The notes beneath the pieces were generated by a model. It had not been told where the DNA came from, did no database searches, and was given only the letters and a program-made list of their open reading frames with translations. 37,257 bases of DNA from the sequence record SRR31156797_9628. One strand, 5' to 3'. The position numbers were made by a program, and so were the translations under genes. Below, one piece after another: positions 24,931 to 35,700 of the stretch (the stretch's first letter is position 1; each line of letters begins with the position of its first letter).

Positions 24931-26001
24931 TTATTTATACTCAAGTATTTCAGCTTCCTCTTTCATGATCATCATGGCGCTATCGGCCAGTGCATCCATA
25001 TCAGAAACAAATGGAGAAATAATTATGTTGCCAAGTTTCAGAATGCGTTTCTTTACTTCGTCGGTAAATAGTTTGGATTGGAAAATGTTTCCTGAAAGTA
25101 TGATCGCTTCTATGGGATCTTCCAGGGCAACATACATGGAGCCAATTTCCTTGGAGAGCTGGTATGCCATGGCTTTGATTATGAATTCTGCTTTCTTGTC
25201 GCCTTCCTTAATGCGGCTTTCGATGAGGTTGATATTTGAAGTTCCCAGGTGTCCATAAAGGCCGCCTTCGTGAACAAGCATTTTACGCAATTGTGCGCGT
25301 TCATATTTTCCGCTGTAACAAAGGTCAATCAGATCGCCGTAAGGAATGGAGCCGGCGCGGCTGTAGGAAAAAGGCCCCTCACCATCATAAGCCTGGTTTA
25401 CGTCTACTACTTTTCCTTTTCGGTGTGCGCCAACTGAAATCCCTCCTTCGCCTACATGTGCGATTATGAGATTCAGTTCTTCATATTGCTGGTTTACAGA
25501 CTTTGCATAGTTGCGGCCTGCAAATTTATGGTTAAGGGCATGGAAAATAGATTTCCTTTCAAACATGGGATGACCGCTTACACGGGCAATATCGTCAAGT
25601 TCGTCAACCACCACCGGATCAGCTAAAAATGCCCTTGCATTTGGAATCATTGTAGCAATATGGTCGGCGATGAGGCCACCCAGGTTGGTTTCGTGCATCT
25701 TGCTTTCCTGGCGAAGATCATTTTTGAGTGCATCATTTATTTCATAAACGCCTGACGCAATCGGCTTTATCAGTCCACCTCTTCCAATCACAATTTCAAT
25801 CTCCTCCATCCTGATGTCATTTTCTTTCAACTCCGCAAGAATCTGATCTGTACGTGGTGTTTCCTGTTTTAGTACATCCTGGTCGTAAAGTTTCGGATCT
25901 ATTTTAATGGTTTTGAAAAATACCCAACTGTTGTTTTGGAAAACGGCGATTTTGGTATCATAAACCTGAGGGTAAATTACTAGGATTTTCCTGGTCAGCA
26001 T
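24931..26001 (-). CDS. buk: Butyrate kinase homologue (ASKHA acetokinase family) with degenerate nucleotide-binding motifs
   Basis: GRGGLIKPI.SGVY.IN, NLGG.IA, DPVVVDEL..IARVSG.P..ERKSIFHALNHK, GISVGAH.KGKVVDVN, GEGPFS..RAG and AMAYQLSKEIG are Buk-specific. NPGSTST, TGG and GEDE motifs are altered. Confidence 0.8.
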   Translation of the reverse strand: MLTRKILVIYPQVYDTKIAVFQNNSWVFFKTIKIDPKLYDQDVLKQETPRTDQILAELKENDIRMEEIEIVIGRGGLIKPIASGVYEINDALKNDLRQESKMHETNLGGLIADHIATMIPNARAFLADPVVVDELDDIARVSGHPMFERKSIFHALNHKFAGRNYAKSVNQQYEELNLIIAHVGEGGISVGAHRKGKVVDVNQAYDGEGPFSYSRAGSIPYGDLIDLCYSGKYERAQLRKMLVHEGGLYGHLGTSNINLIESRIKEGDKKAEFIIKAMAYQLSKEIGSMYVALEDPIEAIILSGNIFQSKLFTDEVKKRILKLGNIIISPFVSDMDALADSAMMIMKEEAEILEYK

Positions 26002-26042
26002 TTTATCAAGTTTTCGTTTGATTCACTAAAAAATTTGGCGGT

Positions 26043-26050
26043 CAAAAATA
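26043..26050 (-). promoter_or_regulatory. -7 box (TATTTTTG) upstream of the buk-like gene
   Basis: + strand caaaaata equals TAnnTTTG on the - strand, ~40 nt upstream of the start codon. Confidence 0.5.
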
Positions 26051-26070
26051 TAAATATTTTATGTCGCGAT

Positions 26071-29000
26071 TTACATATTGCGCCGATACTTTCCGCCCAC
26101 TTCAAATAACGCATCGCTGATTTGCCCCAGTGAGGCATATTTTGAAACCTCCATCAGGCTTTCAAAAATATTGTGGTTATGCAATGCTGCATCTTTTAAG
26201 GTCTCCATATTTTCTTCAACTTCTTTTTGATAGGTCTTATGAAGCTCGCTTAACATTGAAATCTGGTACTCCTTTTCAGCTTTTGTGGCCCTGATCACTT
26301 CTCCTGGAATTACAGTAGGTGAACCTTTGGAAGAGAGGTAGGTGTTTACGCCAACAATGGGCAGTTTGCCTGTGTGTTTCATGGATTCATAATACAACGA
26401 CTCTTCCTGGATTTTACTGCGCTGGTACATGGTTTCCATCGCGCCAAGTACACCGCCACGCTCGGTAATGCGATCAAATTCTGAAAGAACGGCTTCTTCA
26501 ACCAGGTCGGTCAATTCTTCAATGATAAACGAACCCTGTAGCGGATTCTGGTTTTTGGCCAGCCCAAGTTCCTTGTTTATGATCATCTGTATGGCAATGG
26601 CACGGCGCACAGAATCTTCGGTGGGTGTGGTGATGGCCTCATCGTAGGCGTTTGTATGCAATGAATTACAATTGTCATAGATGGCGTAAAGTGCCTGGAG
26701 TGTGGTCCGGATATCGTTAAAATCGATTTCCTGTGCGTGTAAGGAACGGCCGGAAGTTTGAATATGATATTTCAATTTTTGGGAACGTTCATCTGCGCCG
26801 TATTTTAGTTTCATGGCTTTCGACCAGATCAATCTGGCAACGCGGCCCATCACGGAGTATTCAGGATCAATTCCATTGGAGAAGAAGAATGACAGGTTGG
26901 GTGCAAATTTACTGATGTCCATACCGCGACTGGCGTAATATTCCACGTAAGTGAAACCATTGGCCAGCGTAAACGCCAACTGGGAAATTGGGTTGGCACC
27001 GGCTTCTGCGATATGGTATCCCGATATGGAAACCGAATAAAAATTCCGCACATTGTTGTTGATAAAATATTCCTGGACATCACCCATCACTTTTAAGGAG
27101 AAATCGGTAGAGAAAATGCAGGTGTTCTGGGCCTGATCTTCTTTCAAAATGTCGGCCTGGATGGTGCCCCGAACTATACAAATGGTGTCCTTTTTTATCT
27201 TTTCATAAACGTCTTTTGGCAGTACCTGGTCACCGGTAACGCCAAGCAGCATCAGGCCAAGGCCGTCATTTCCCTTTGGTAGACTTCCCTGGTATTCGGG
27301 CCGTTTGGTTCCCCGTTTTTTATAAATGGATTTAATTTTCTTTTCAACCTCAGCTTCCAGGCCGTGCTCTTTAATATAAAGTTCACATTGCTGATCGATG
27401 GCCGCATTCATAAAAAAGCCGACCATTGTAGGCGCCGGGCCATTGATGGTCATAGAAACGGAAGTTTTAGGGTCAGCCAGGTTGAAGCCGGAGTACAGTT
27501 TCTTGGCATCATCCAGGCAGCAAATCGAAACACCTGAATTTCCTATTTTTCCGTAGATATCCGGACGCCTGTCGGGGTCGCGGCCATAGAGGGTAACCGA
27601 ATCAAATGCCGTAGAAAGCCTGCGGGCGGGCATGTCGTAAGAAACATAATGGAAACGTTTGTTCGTACGTTCAGGACCGCCTTCACCGGCAAACATCCGC
27701 GTTGGATCTTCACCTTCCCGCTTGAATGGAAATACGCCGGCAGCAAACGGGAATTCTCCCGGTACATTCTCCCGCAGGTTCCATTTCAGGATATCTCCCC
27801 ATCCGGTGTATTTGGGCAGGCTGATCCTGGGTATTTGCAAATGTGATAATGATTCTGTGGAGGTCTCAACACAAATATCCTTTCCGCGCACTTTATAGCA
27901 AAATACTTTCTCCTGCAATGCGGTTTTTTTACCTTCCCAATCATCAAGAATTTTTTTGTTGTGTGGATCCAGGTTGAGGACTGTTTTATCGTAAATCCCC
28001 TTGATGGCATCGGCAACCTCTTCATTGCCGTGTTCCCTGGCCATTTTTATGGATTCGTCAAGCGCGAAAAGTTTTTGAGCGATTTCACGCTGCTCCTCGG
28101 TCCATGAATTGTAATTTCTCACAGTTTCGGAAATCTCGGAAAGATATCTGACCCTTTTTGGTGGAATGATGAAAATCTTTTCGGACATCTCCTCGGTGAT
28201 CACCATATTTGATTTCAGATCTGCCCCGGTTTTCTCAACGATTTTTTCCATCAATGCCTTGTAAAGTGCATTGGTGCCCGGATCGTTAAATTGTGAAGCG
28301 ATTGATCCATAAACCGGCATGTCGTCAGGTTCCTGATCAAAGAGCTGATGGTTTCGTTGATATTGTTTTTTTACATCGCGCAGAGCATCCAGAGAACCCC
28401 GTTTGTCGAATTTATTTAAGGCAATAATATCGGCAAAATCCAGCATGTCAATCTTTTCAAGCTGTGTGGCAGCTCCGTATTCCGGAGTCATCACATACAT
28501 CGATACATCGCTGTGATCAACGATGGCCGTGTCGCTTTGGCCTATCCCGGAAGTTTCCAGAATGATAAGATCAAAACCGGCAATTTTCATTAGACAAACG
28601 GCATCCTTCACATAATTCGACATGGACAGGTTGGCCTGGCGGGTTGCAAGCGAGCGCATATAAATCCGGGAGTCGTTGATGGAGTTCATCCTGATCCTGT
28701 CGCCAAGTAAAGCCCCGCCGGTTTTTCGTTTTGAGGGATCTACCGAAACAATCGCAATGGATTTGTCCGGAAAGTCTTCCAGAAACCTGCGAACCATTTC
28801 ATCCACCAGTGAGGATTTTCCGGCTCCTCCCGTACCTGTAATGCCTAAAACCGGGATTTCCGTTTTGCATTCATTCACATGATTTTGGATAAAATCAGCA
28901 GTGCCGTTGGGGAAGTTTTCAACCGCTGAAATCACCTGCGACAGGTGTACCACATTTTTGTTCCTGATTTTGCCAATATCAGGTGAAATATTTTTTCCAG

Positions 29001-29439
29001 TGGGATGGTCCGACTTTTTAAGCAGGTCGTTGATCATCCCCTGCAGTCCCATGGAGCGCCCATCATCAGGCGAATAGATTCTTGCAATGCCATATTCATG
29101 CAATTCGGCGGCTTCCTCGGGGAGGATTACGCCACCGCCGCCACCAAAGATTTTTATATGGCCGGCGCCTTTTTCTTTGAGCAGATCATACATGTATTTG
29201 AAATACTCAATGTGTCCACCCTGGTAGGATGTTATGGCCACAGATTGGGCATCTTCCTGGATAGCACAATCCACGATCTCCTGCACAGAGCGGTCGTGGC
29301 CAAGATGGATCACCTCAGCACCCGATGACTGGATAATCCTGCGCATAACATTTATGGCTGCATCGTGCCCGTCGAAAAGAGAAGCAGCTGTGACTATTCT
29401 GACTTTGTTTTTGGGTTTGTAGATTTTTGGTGCCTGCAT
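26071..29439 (-). CDS. icmF: Fused isobutyryl-CoA mutase IcmF (B12-binding domain + MeaB-like GTPase + mutase barrel)
   Basis: N-terminal [13 protein letters not shown] cobalamin motif; [19 protein letters not shown] and NKFD of the G-protein; [40 protein letters not shown] and [11 protein letters not shown] of the mutase. 1122 aa ending YRRNM. Confidence 0.95.
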   Translation of the reverse strand: MQAPKIYKPKNKVRIVTAASLFDGHDAAINVMRRIIQSSGAEVIHLGHDRSVQEIVDCAIQEDAQSVAITSYQGGHIEYFKYMYDLLKEKGAGHIKIFGGGGGVILPEEAAELHEYGIARIYSPDDGRSMGLQGMINDLLKKSDHPTGKNISPDIGKIRNKNVVHLSQVISAVENFPNGTADFIQNHVNECKTEIPVLGITGTGGAGKSSLVDEMVRRFLEDFPDKSIAIVSVDPSKRKTGGALLGDRIRMNSINDSRIYMRSLATRQANLSMSNYVKDAVCLMKIAGFDLIILETSGIGQSDTAIVDHSDVSMYVMTPEYGAATQLEKIDMLDFADIIALNKFDKRGSLDALRDVKKQYQRNHQLFDQEPDDMPVYGSIASQFNDPGTNALYKALMEKIVEKTGADLKSNMVITEEMSEKIFIIPPKRVRYLSEISETVRNYNSWTEEQREIAQKLFALDESIKMAREHGNEEVADAIKGIYDKTVLNLDPHNKKILDDWEGKKTALQEKVFCYKVRGKDICVETSTESLSHLQIPRISLPKYTGWGDILKWNLRENVPGEFPFAAGVFPFKREGEDPTRMFAGEGGPERTNKRFHYVSYDMPARRLSTAFDSVTLYGRDPDRRPDIYGKIGNSGVSICCLDDAKKLYSGFNLADPKTSVSMTINGPAPTMVGFFMNAAIDQQCELYIKEHGLEAEVEKKIKSIYKKRGTKRPEYQGSLPKGNDGLGLMLLGVTGDQVLPKDVYEKIKKDTICIVRGTIQADILKEDQAQNTCIFSTDFSLKVMGDVQEYFINNNVRNFYSVSISGYHIAEAGANPISQLAFTLANGFTYVEYYASRGMDISKFAPNLSFFFSNGIDPEYSVMGRVARLIWSKAMKLKYGADERSQKLKYHIQTSGRSLHAQEIDFNDIRTTLQALYAIYDNCNSLHTNAYDEAITTPTEDSVRRAIAIQMIINKELGLAKNQNPLQGSFIIEELTDLVEEAVLSEFDRITERGGVLGAMETMYQRSKIQEESLYYESMKHTGKLPIVGVNTYLSSKGSPTVIPGEVIRATKAEKEYQISMLSELHKTYQKEVEENMETLKDAALHNHNIFESLMEVSKYASLGQISDALFEVGGKYRRNM

Positions 29440-29473
29440 GAAAATAAATTTAGCGTGTTGAAATTTTGACAGG

Positions 29474-29481
29474 CAAAGATA
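29474..29481 (-). promoter_or_regulatory. -7 box (TATCTTTG) of the icmF promoter
   Basis: + strand caaagata equals TAnnTTTG on the - strand, 35 nt upstream of ATG, with a TTG 20 nt further upstream. Confidence 0.6.
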
Positions 29482-29718
29482 ATGATATTCTCATCCCTTC
29501 ACAATGCCGAATTGGGTGCTATCAGTTTGGTGTGATGTGTTAAGCCAGGATATTTAACCTGCCAAATTCTCATCGAAACCAGCCACTTACAAAACAGGAG
29601 TGCCACTTGCTCATTGTGGCTTGTGCAACGGTGCTTACCTTTCATATTTTTATATTGAAATAAAGGATAAACTTTACCAACGACTCCCCTTGCTCAAAGT
29701 TTAAATAATAACAAAATA

Positions 29719-32700
29719 ATGAAAGGAAAAACAGTTATGAAAACCTTTACAACACTGCTTATGGCCGTAATTTTGAGCGTTATGGTCACGGCGCAGGATT
29801 ATGAAATGATTTCGCTGAAAGAAGTTAAAGAAATTGCCAACCGGAATGCCAAAGCTCAGTGGGGAGAAGTCTTCCCGAATGAACCGATCGCCTATTACGG
29901 TTTCGATGGCGAAATCATTGCCTGGCGCATAAATTATTCAATCGGAAAACCTTTTCCTTCTGTTCGGGATTTAAAGGCAGAAAGAAAAACATCCCGTGAA
30001 AACGGGGATAAACTCTCGCAGTGGGGATCAGGTAAATTCGGACGGTTATTAATTTCAGCCCGAAGTAATATGCCGGTAATTCTCGAACGATCCAAAAGCC
30101 TTTCGCCGGAATATGCTGAGATATTAAAGCTGGAACGGATGAAGAAAACCGCTTTTGGCTCACAGGATGCTGTTCTGAAAAAGGTATGGTATTTCAATCA
30201 CTTTAATACATGGTATGAATTTCACGCGAATGACCAGATCAGGTACATCAATATTTCACCAACCGGAGGAATATTAGATGAAAAGGAATTTAAGGAGGAA
30301 AGGTCAAAAGCCGGTCATTTTGTTGAAACTGCCGATTTTTCGGAAGAATGGAGCAAGTATAGAAAGGGATTCAGCCCGGGAGGAAAGGATATCATCATGA
30401 TACCTGCTCATGGGGTGATGCCTTTTTACGACTGGAGTTATGGTTGCACCCCCACGGCAGGAGCTATGCTGCTGGCATATTGGGATTACCTTTCGCTTCT
30501 GACGGATGAAGACAACTATTCGGGTTTTGTATCCTACCATTACCAGCGTTATGATACGATTGACAGCGAAGACCGCGAAAGTCACTGGGATTATAATGTG
30601 CCAAACCTGCAGAAAATGCTGGCGCTGGCCATGGACACGGATACCATCTCAGGAACTACCTGGCCACATAACATGGATGATGGATATGCACATGTTTGTA
30701 ATTCTATGCTGGATTACGATTTTGAAATTGAAGGGCGCTACACCATGCACTGGACCCTGACCACCGGTGAAATAGATGCGGGCAGGCCCATTCATATTGA
30801 TATCAGCGGCCACTCGGTATGCGGCGTGGGCTACGATCCCGATGAAAATCTGGTAATTACAAGATATACCTGGGATCCCGTTTATACAGCAATCAGTCGT
30901 TGGTCGATGCTTCATATGGTACTCGTAAAACCCGGAGGCCCGCGGGGTGTAGCAGTCAGCCTGGCTGAGCCCTTTGGCGACAGAAGGTACAACAGAACCG
31001 GCAACGGAGAACTATTGCATGGAAACGACTACTTTGAGATAAAATGGTATGCTGATAAATATCTTAATGACACATGGGCACAAATTGCCTATTCCACAAA
31101 TGGAGGGCATCACTGGGAAGAGATTGTTGCCAATACGCCAAATATTGGCTATTATAACTGGCATGTGCCCGATGGCATTGATTCGGAAGAATGCCGCGTG
31201 CAGGTCATCATTCACGATCCATTGTGTGAACCCCGAAGTGCCGGCGTTGACGGCAGTTATGGCAATTTCGAAATTCAATCAGGAGGAAGTGTTTCATTTT
31301 TGCCTCATGAATCAATCCGGTCAACCGACACAAGAACCAAATATTATAATCTTCAACATAACCACAACTCATGGGGAGCTGTAGGCGCTATTTCATCCGA
31401 CCCGGAGGTCACCTGGACCTGTGATCTGTGGGATGATGAATTTGATGCCTCCCTGGTTGAATCCTATTTTGATCACGCTCAGAATCTTGTGGTATTCGAC
31501 AGAAATCATCTTACAGAGGAATTTTACGGTATAAAAACACGCCCGCTAAACGGAGATACCACGGTTTACATTCAATTCGACGGGCACGATGAAAGTCTTG
31601 AATTGATGCCGGGCGCCGAACTACAAATCAACTGGCCCAACAACCGTATTATTAAAATGTATGATGTTCATCTTGATCCCGGACAGTATTATTTCAGGGT
31701 TCGTCCAATAGGAACCGGACCGAAGGTTGACATCGCATTTTTTAGCTCAGGTGATGGCGAATATTTTAAATCCATTTTCGATGCTGATTATATTTCGGAG
31801 AACACGGGCAGTGCCGATGACTCATTTGTAGTAACTATTGATGAGGAAGATGATTATGGGTTTTGTATTTTTTCATCAGAAAGAGGTGCAGGCATAGTTA
31901 GCATAAAGCTGGAGGAAGCTTTTATCTGGAGGGGAACGGTCGACAATGACTGGCACAACCCTGAAAATTGGAGTGGCGGAAGTGTTCCTACCAGTTCGAA
32001 CGATGTAGTGATTCCGGATGTTACCAATCCGCCAAACATTTATACCGGAGCAGCAAACTGCAACAAATTAGATTTGCTTGAGGGAGCGGAACTCACTATT
32101 ACCAATTATAATTTACAGGTAAGTGGCCAGGCATCCATTGGCGGGCATTTGCATATGCCCGGCCCAAGTGCAATTTTATCCTGTTATGATGACATTTCGG
32201 TTGGGGCATCAGGCCATTTTGACCTGCATGAAAATGCAAAAATTGATGCCTATAAAAACTGGACTTTTGAATCAGGTTCACACGCAAACTTCGATGATGG
32301 AAAGGTGCAATTTATGGGTTCGGAAAACTCGATCATTTACGTTAAATCCGGAAATGTCTGGTTTCACAGCCTTCATATATACAAATCCAGCGGAGCATTC
32401 GTGGCATACGACAACTGTCCCGGTTTGCAACCCTTGCGCATCAAGGGCCAGTTTATTATTGGTAATGGGGCGCAGTTTATACAGTGGGCTTTGTACAACA
32501 CCATTTTTGAGGGGCCTTTTCTCGCATATTCCGGCAGCAGCTTTGGGTTTGTTAACGGCACTGCCATATTCGACTATGATGGAAGTGGCGGTATCGCAGT
32601 GAATTCAGAGCCCGGCAGTTATTTTAATGATGTTGTGGTAAGCTGCACAAACTTTCTGGACCTTTCGGGTGATATCGAAATCCGGGGCGACCTGACCATC

Positions 32701-35700
32701 GAAGAAGGAAATTTCAGAACCATGGGCCACGATGTTTATATCCAGGGCGACTGGAACGACGAGGCCTGGGGATTTAACCACGGCAACAGCCGGGTGATAT
32801 TCAATGGAACGGGTATTCAGGAATCCTATGGCGGTGCGTTCTGGGAGCTGGAGCTGGATAAGCCTTCCGGCGAGTTGCGAATCCGTGAAAATACTACCGG
32901 AGTGCAGCATTACGACTGGACCCAGGGAACAGTCAGGGTTAATGGCGGATACTTTTATGTGGCCGACCTGGAAGATGACGGCTTGTATGGTGGAATCATC
33001 CTCACCGAAGGAAACATCGAAATACAGCAGGACCCGGGCCAGTTCTTTGACATGAATGCTGACCTGGAGATTTCAGGCGGAGAAATGGAAATATCCGGAG
33101 GCAATGGAATTGGATTCTGGCCCTATTCCAATGATGCTTCCATAACCATGTCTGACGGTGTTTTAGACATCAAGGATAACGGTATCAGGATTCACAATTC
33201 GATCAATTATAATTTTGAAACAAATATTACGGGCGGAACAATAAGAATCAACGGCGACCTGGGCATTTACCGCGATGATTTTCATCCGGCCGGAGGCACG
33301 ATCTTTATGTACGGCTATGATGAGGATTCGGAAATTTATGGTTTGAGCACGGCAAGCCTGCACAATTTAACCGTGCATAAAAGCAGTAGTAAGGCGATCA
33401 AGAAAACGCTTGTGGCCAGCGGAACGCTTGATATTAATGGTGATTTTGTGCTGGAAGACGGGGTATTTTCCGCTCCCCCGGTTATGAAAATTTATGGCCA
33501 GTTTATCAATAACCAAAGTGGAAGCTCATTTCATGAGATGGAAGGAACTGTGATCTTTGACGGACCGGAAGAAAATACAATTTCGGACAATGCCACATTT
33601 TACAATCTCACCATTCAAAAACCATCCGGATATTTTATTGTAAATGAAGGTGTTTCTATCGACATTAAAAATACCCTAACCGTTGATGAAGGCCTGATGG
33701 GTTTTCTGGCCGGTTGCGACCTGTCGCTTGGTGAAGCCCTTGCTGTGAATTCTGGTGGCACCATTATTTTCGAAGGCCAGGAACTTGACAGAATTAACGT
33801 AAATTCCGCAGTTGATAAAGGAAATTATACATTCGATGTCAATAGCGGCGGTACCTTTGGTGCGGGTTACACCACTTTTATTTACATGGACATGGAGGGA
33901 ATAAACCTCCACAGCGGCAGCTACATTATACCCGAAGGTGCTTTCTACCATTGCAATTTTGCCCACGGTTTGCCAGGCGGAACTTTGCTGACCATCGACA
34001 ATGGTGCGGATATCGTTATTCATGATGCATATTTCCTCACAAATACAACGGGTATGGCGCACAATGTGACAAAAAATGTTGACAATGGCTCCGTTCAGTT
34101 TGATGAGGCAATCGGTGATTTTTCAGGTCCGGATTTTGAAAATGATCCCTACAACCGCATCCACTGGGAGTATATCCCTCCATTTGACCTGCCGTTTGCA
34201 GAAAACTGGGATTCTGAAGATTTTGAAACGAACAACTGGACGCCCACCGGGGACAACTGGATTGTAGATGCATATAACGGGAATGATGCGCCTTCAGCCG
34301 CTTTCCGTTTCACCCCGTCAATTACAAATTATTCGCAACATTTGCGCAGCTACCAGATCAGCGGTGTAGGCCATGACTGGATAAATCTGAGCTATGATAT
34401 TGCTTATGATGAATACCTCTCCGGCACACTCGAACAACTTTCGGTGCGGGTGGTCTATCCCAATGGAGATTTTTATACCGTTGCAAATTATACCAACGAT
34501 TCCGGATCATTCGGCTATAGTTCAGAGGAGATTGACATTTCAGCATATGCAGCCGGAGAGATTTTTCAGGTAAGCTTTGTAGCCCATGGCGAAAATTCCT
34601 ATAACATAAACAACTGGAACATCGACAACATTTTAGTGGAGGAGTATGTTCCTGAACCCGGAACTTTAAAAGGTACAGTTACAGGGCCTGACGGAAAAGG
34701 AGTAATCGAAGGGGCGTATGTACAAATTCTGAACACACCCTTCGAAACATTCACTAATAGTGAAGGCTCGTATATTTTAGAAAACATTCCGCCAGACTTT
34801 TATTCCGTGCAGGTTTCAGCAAACGGTTATCAAAATGAAAATAAAGGTGTGGAAGTAGCATCTGGAATTACCGTTGTCATGAACTTTGGGCTTACACCGC
34901 TGCCTCCTGAATATTGCTCTGAAAACCTGTATGAAACCGGCTGCTTGGAAGGCGATGGCATCAATTCTTTCTTCCTGGAGGATATCGAAAACGAAGATTC
35001 GGGTTGTAGCGAGGGTGGTTACGGAGATTTCACGGATATGTCAACCGACCTGAGTATTGGAGGGTTTTATCCCCTCAAAGTTTCATCCAACTATGGAAAT
35101 CAGTATGTGTCGGTTTGGATTGATCTTCAGGACGATTATACTTTTTCGCCATTTGAATTATTTGTTGAGGATTATGTGGTACCTACCGCAGGTGAACTGG
35201 TTGAAATACCTTTTGAAATTCCTGATACGCTTGGGGCCGGAACCCACAGGCTGAGGATCAGATCCAACTGGAATGCATCCTCCTCCGATCCCTGTGCGAC
35301 ATACACCTATGGGGAGGTTGAGGATTATACGGTCAACCTCGTAGATACAGCGGCCCTGTCAGGGTTAACGATCTTCGTTTCTGATTCACTCACCAAAGCA
35401 CCCATTGAGAACGCATATGTTGAAGTGGTCGGAACCAATTGGTTCGGTTACACCGAAGATGAGGGTTATTGTTTCATCAGCGGAATGGAATCCGGGATAT
35501 ACGATGTGCTCGTCATGGCAGAAGGTTTTGAAGATTTATTGCTGCCGGATCAAAACTTGTACGCGAACCAAACACTTGCTGTTTCTTGCGAGCTAACATC
35601 CGCTGAACCGGAAACACACACTATTCAACTACAACAAGGCTGGCAGGGATTATCGTCCTACCTGATGCCACAAGACAATACAATTGCAAATATTTTTCAG

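Noticed and set aside
26071-29439. Methylmalonyl-CoA mutase annotation
   Set aside because: Domain order B12-GTPase-barrel and Phe in RMFAG identify IcmF rather than MCM.
29440-29718. Cobalamin riboswitch upstream of icmF
   Set aside because: The predicted -7 box is only 35 nt from the start, and no B12-box/GGGAA core was recognised on the - strand.
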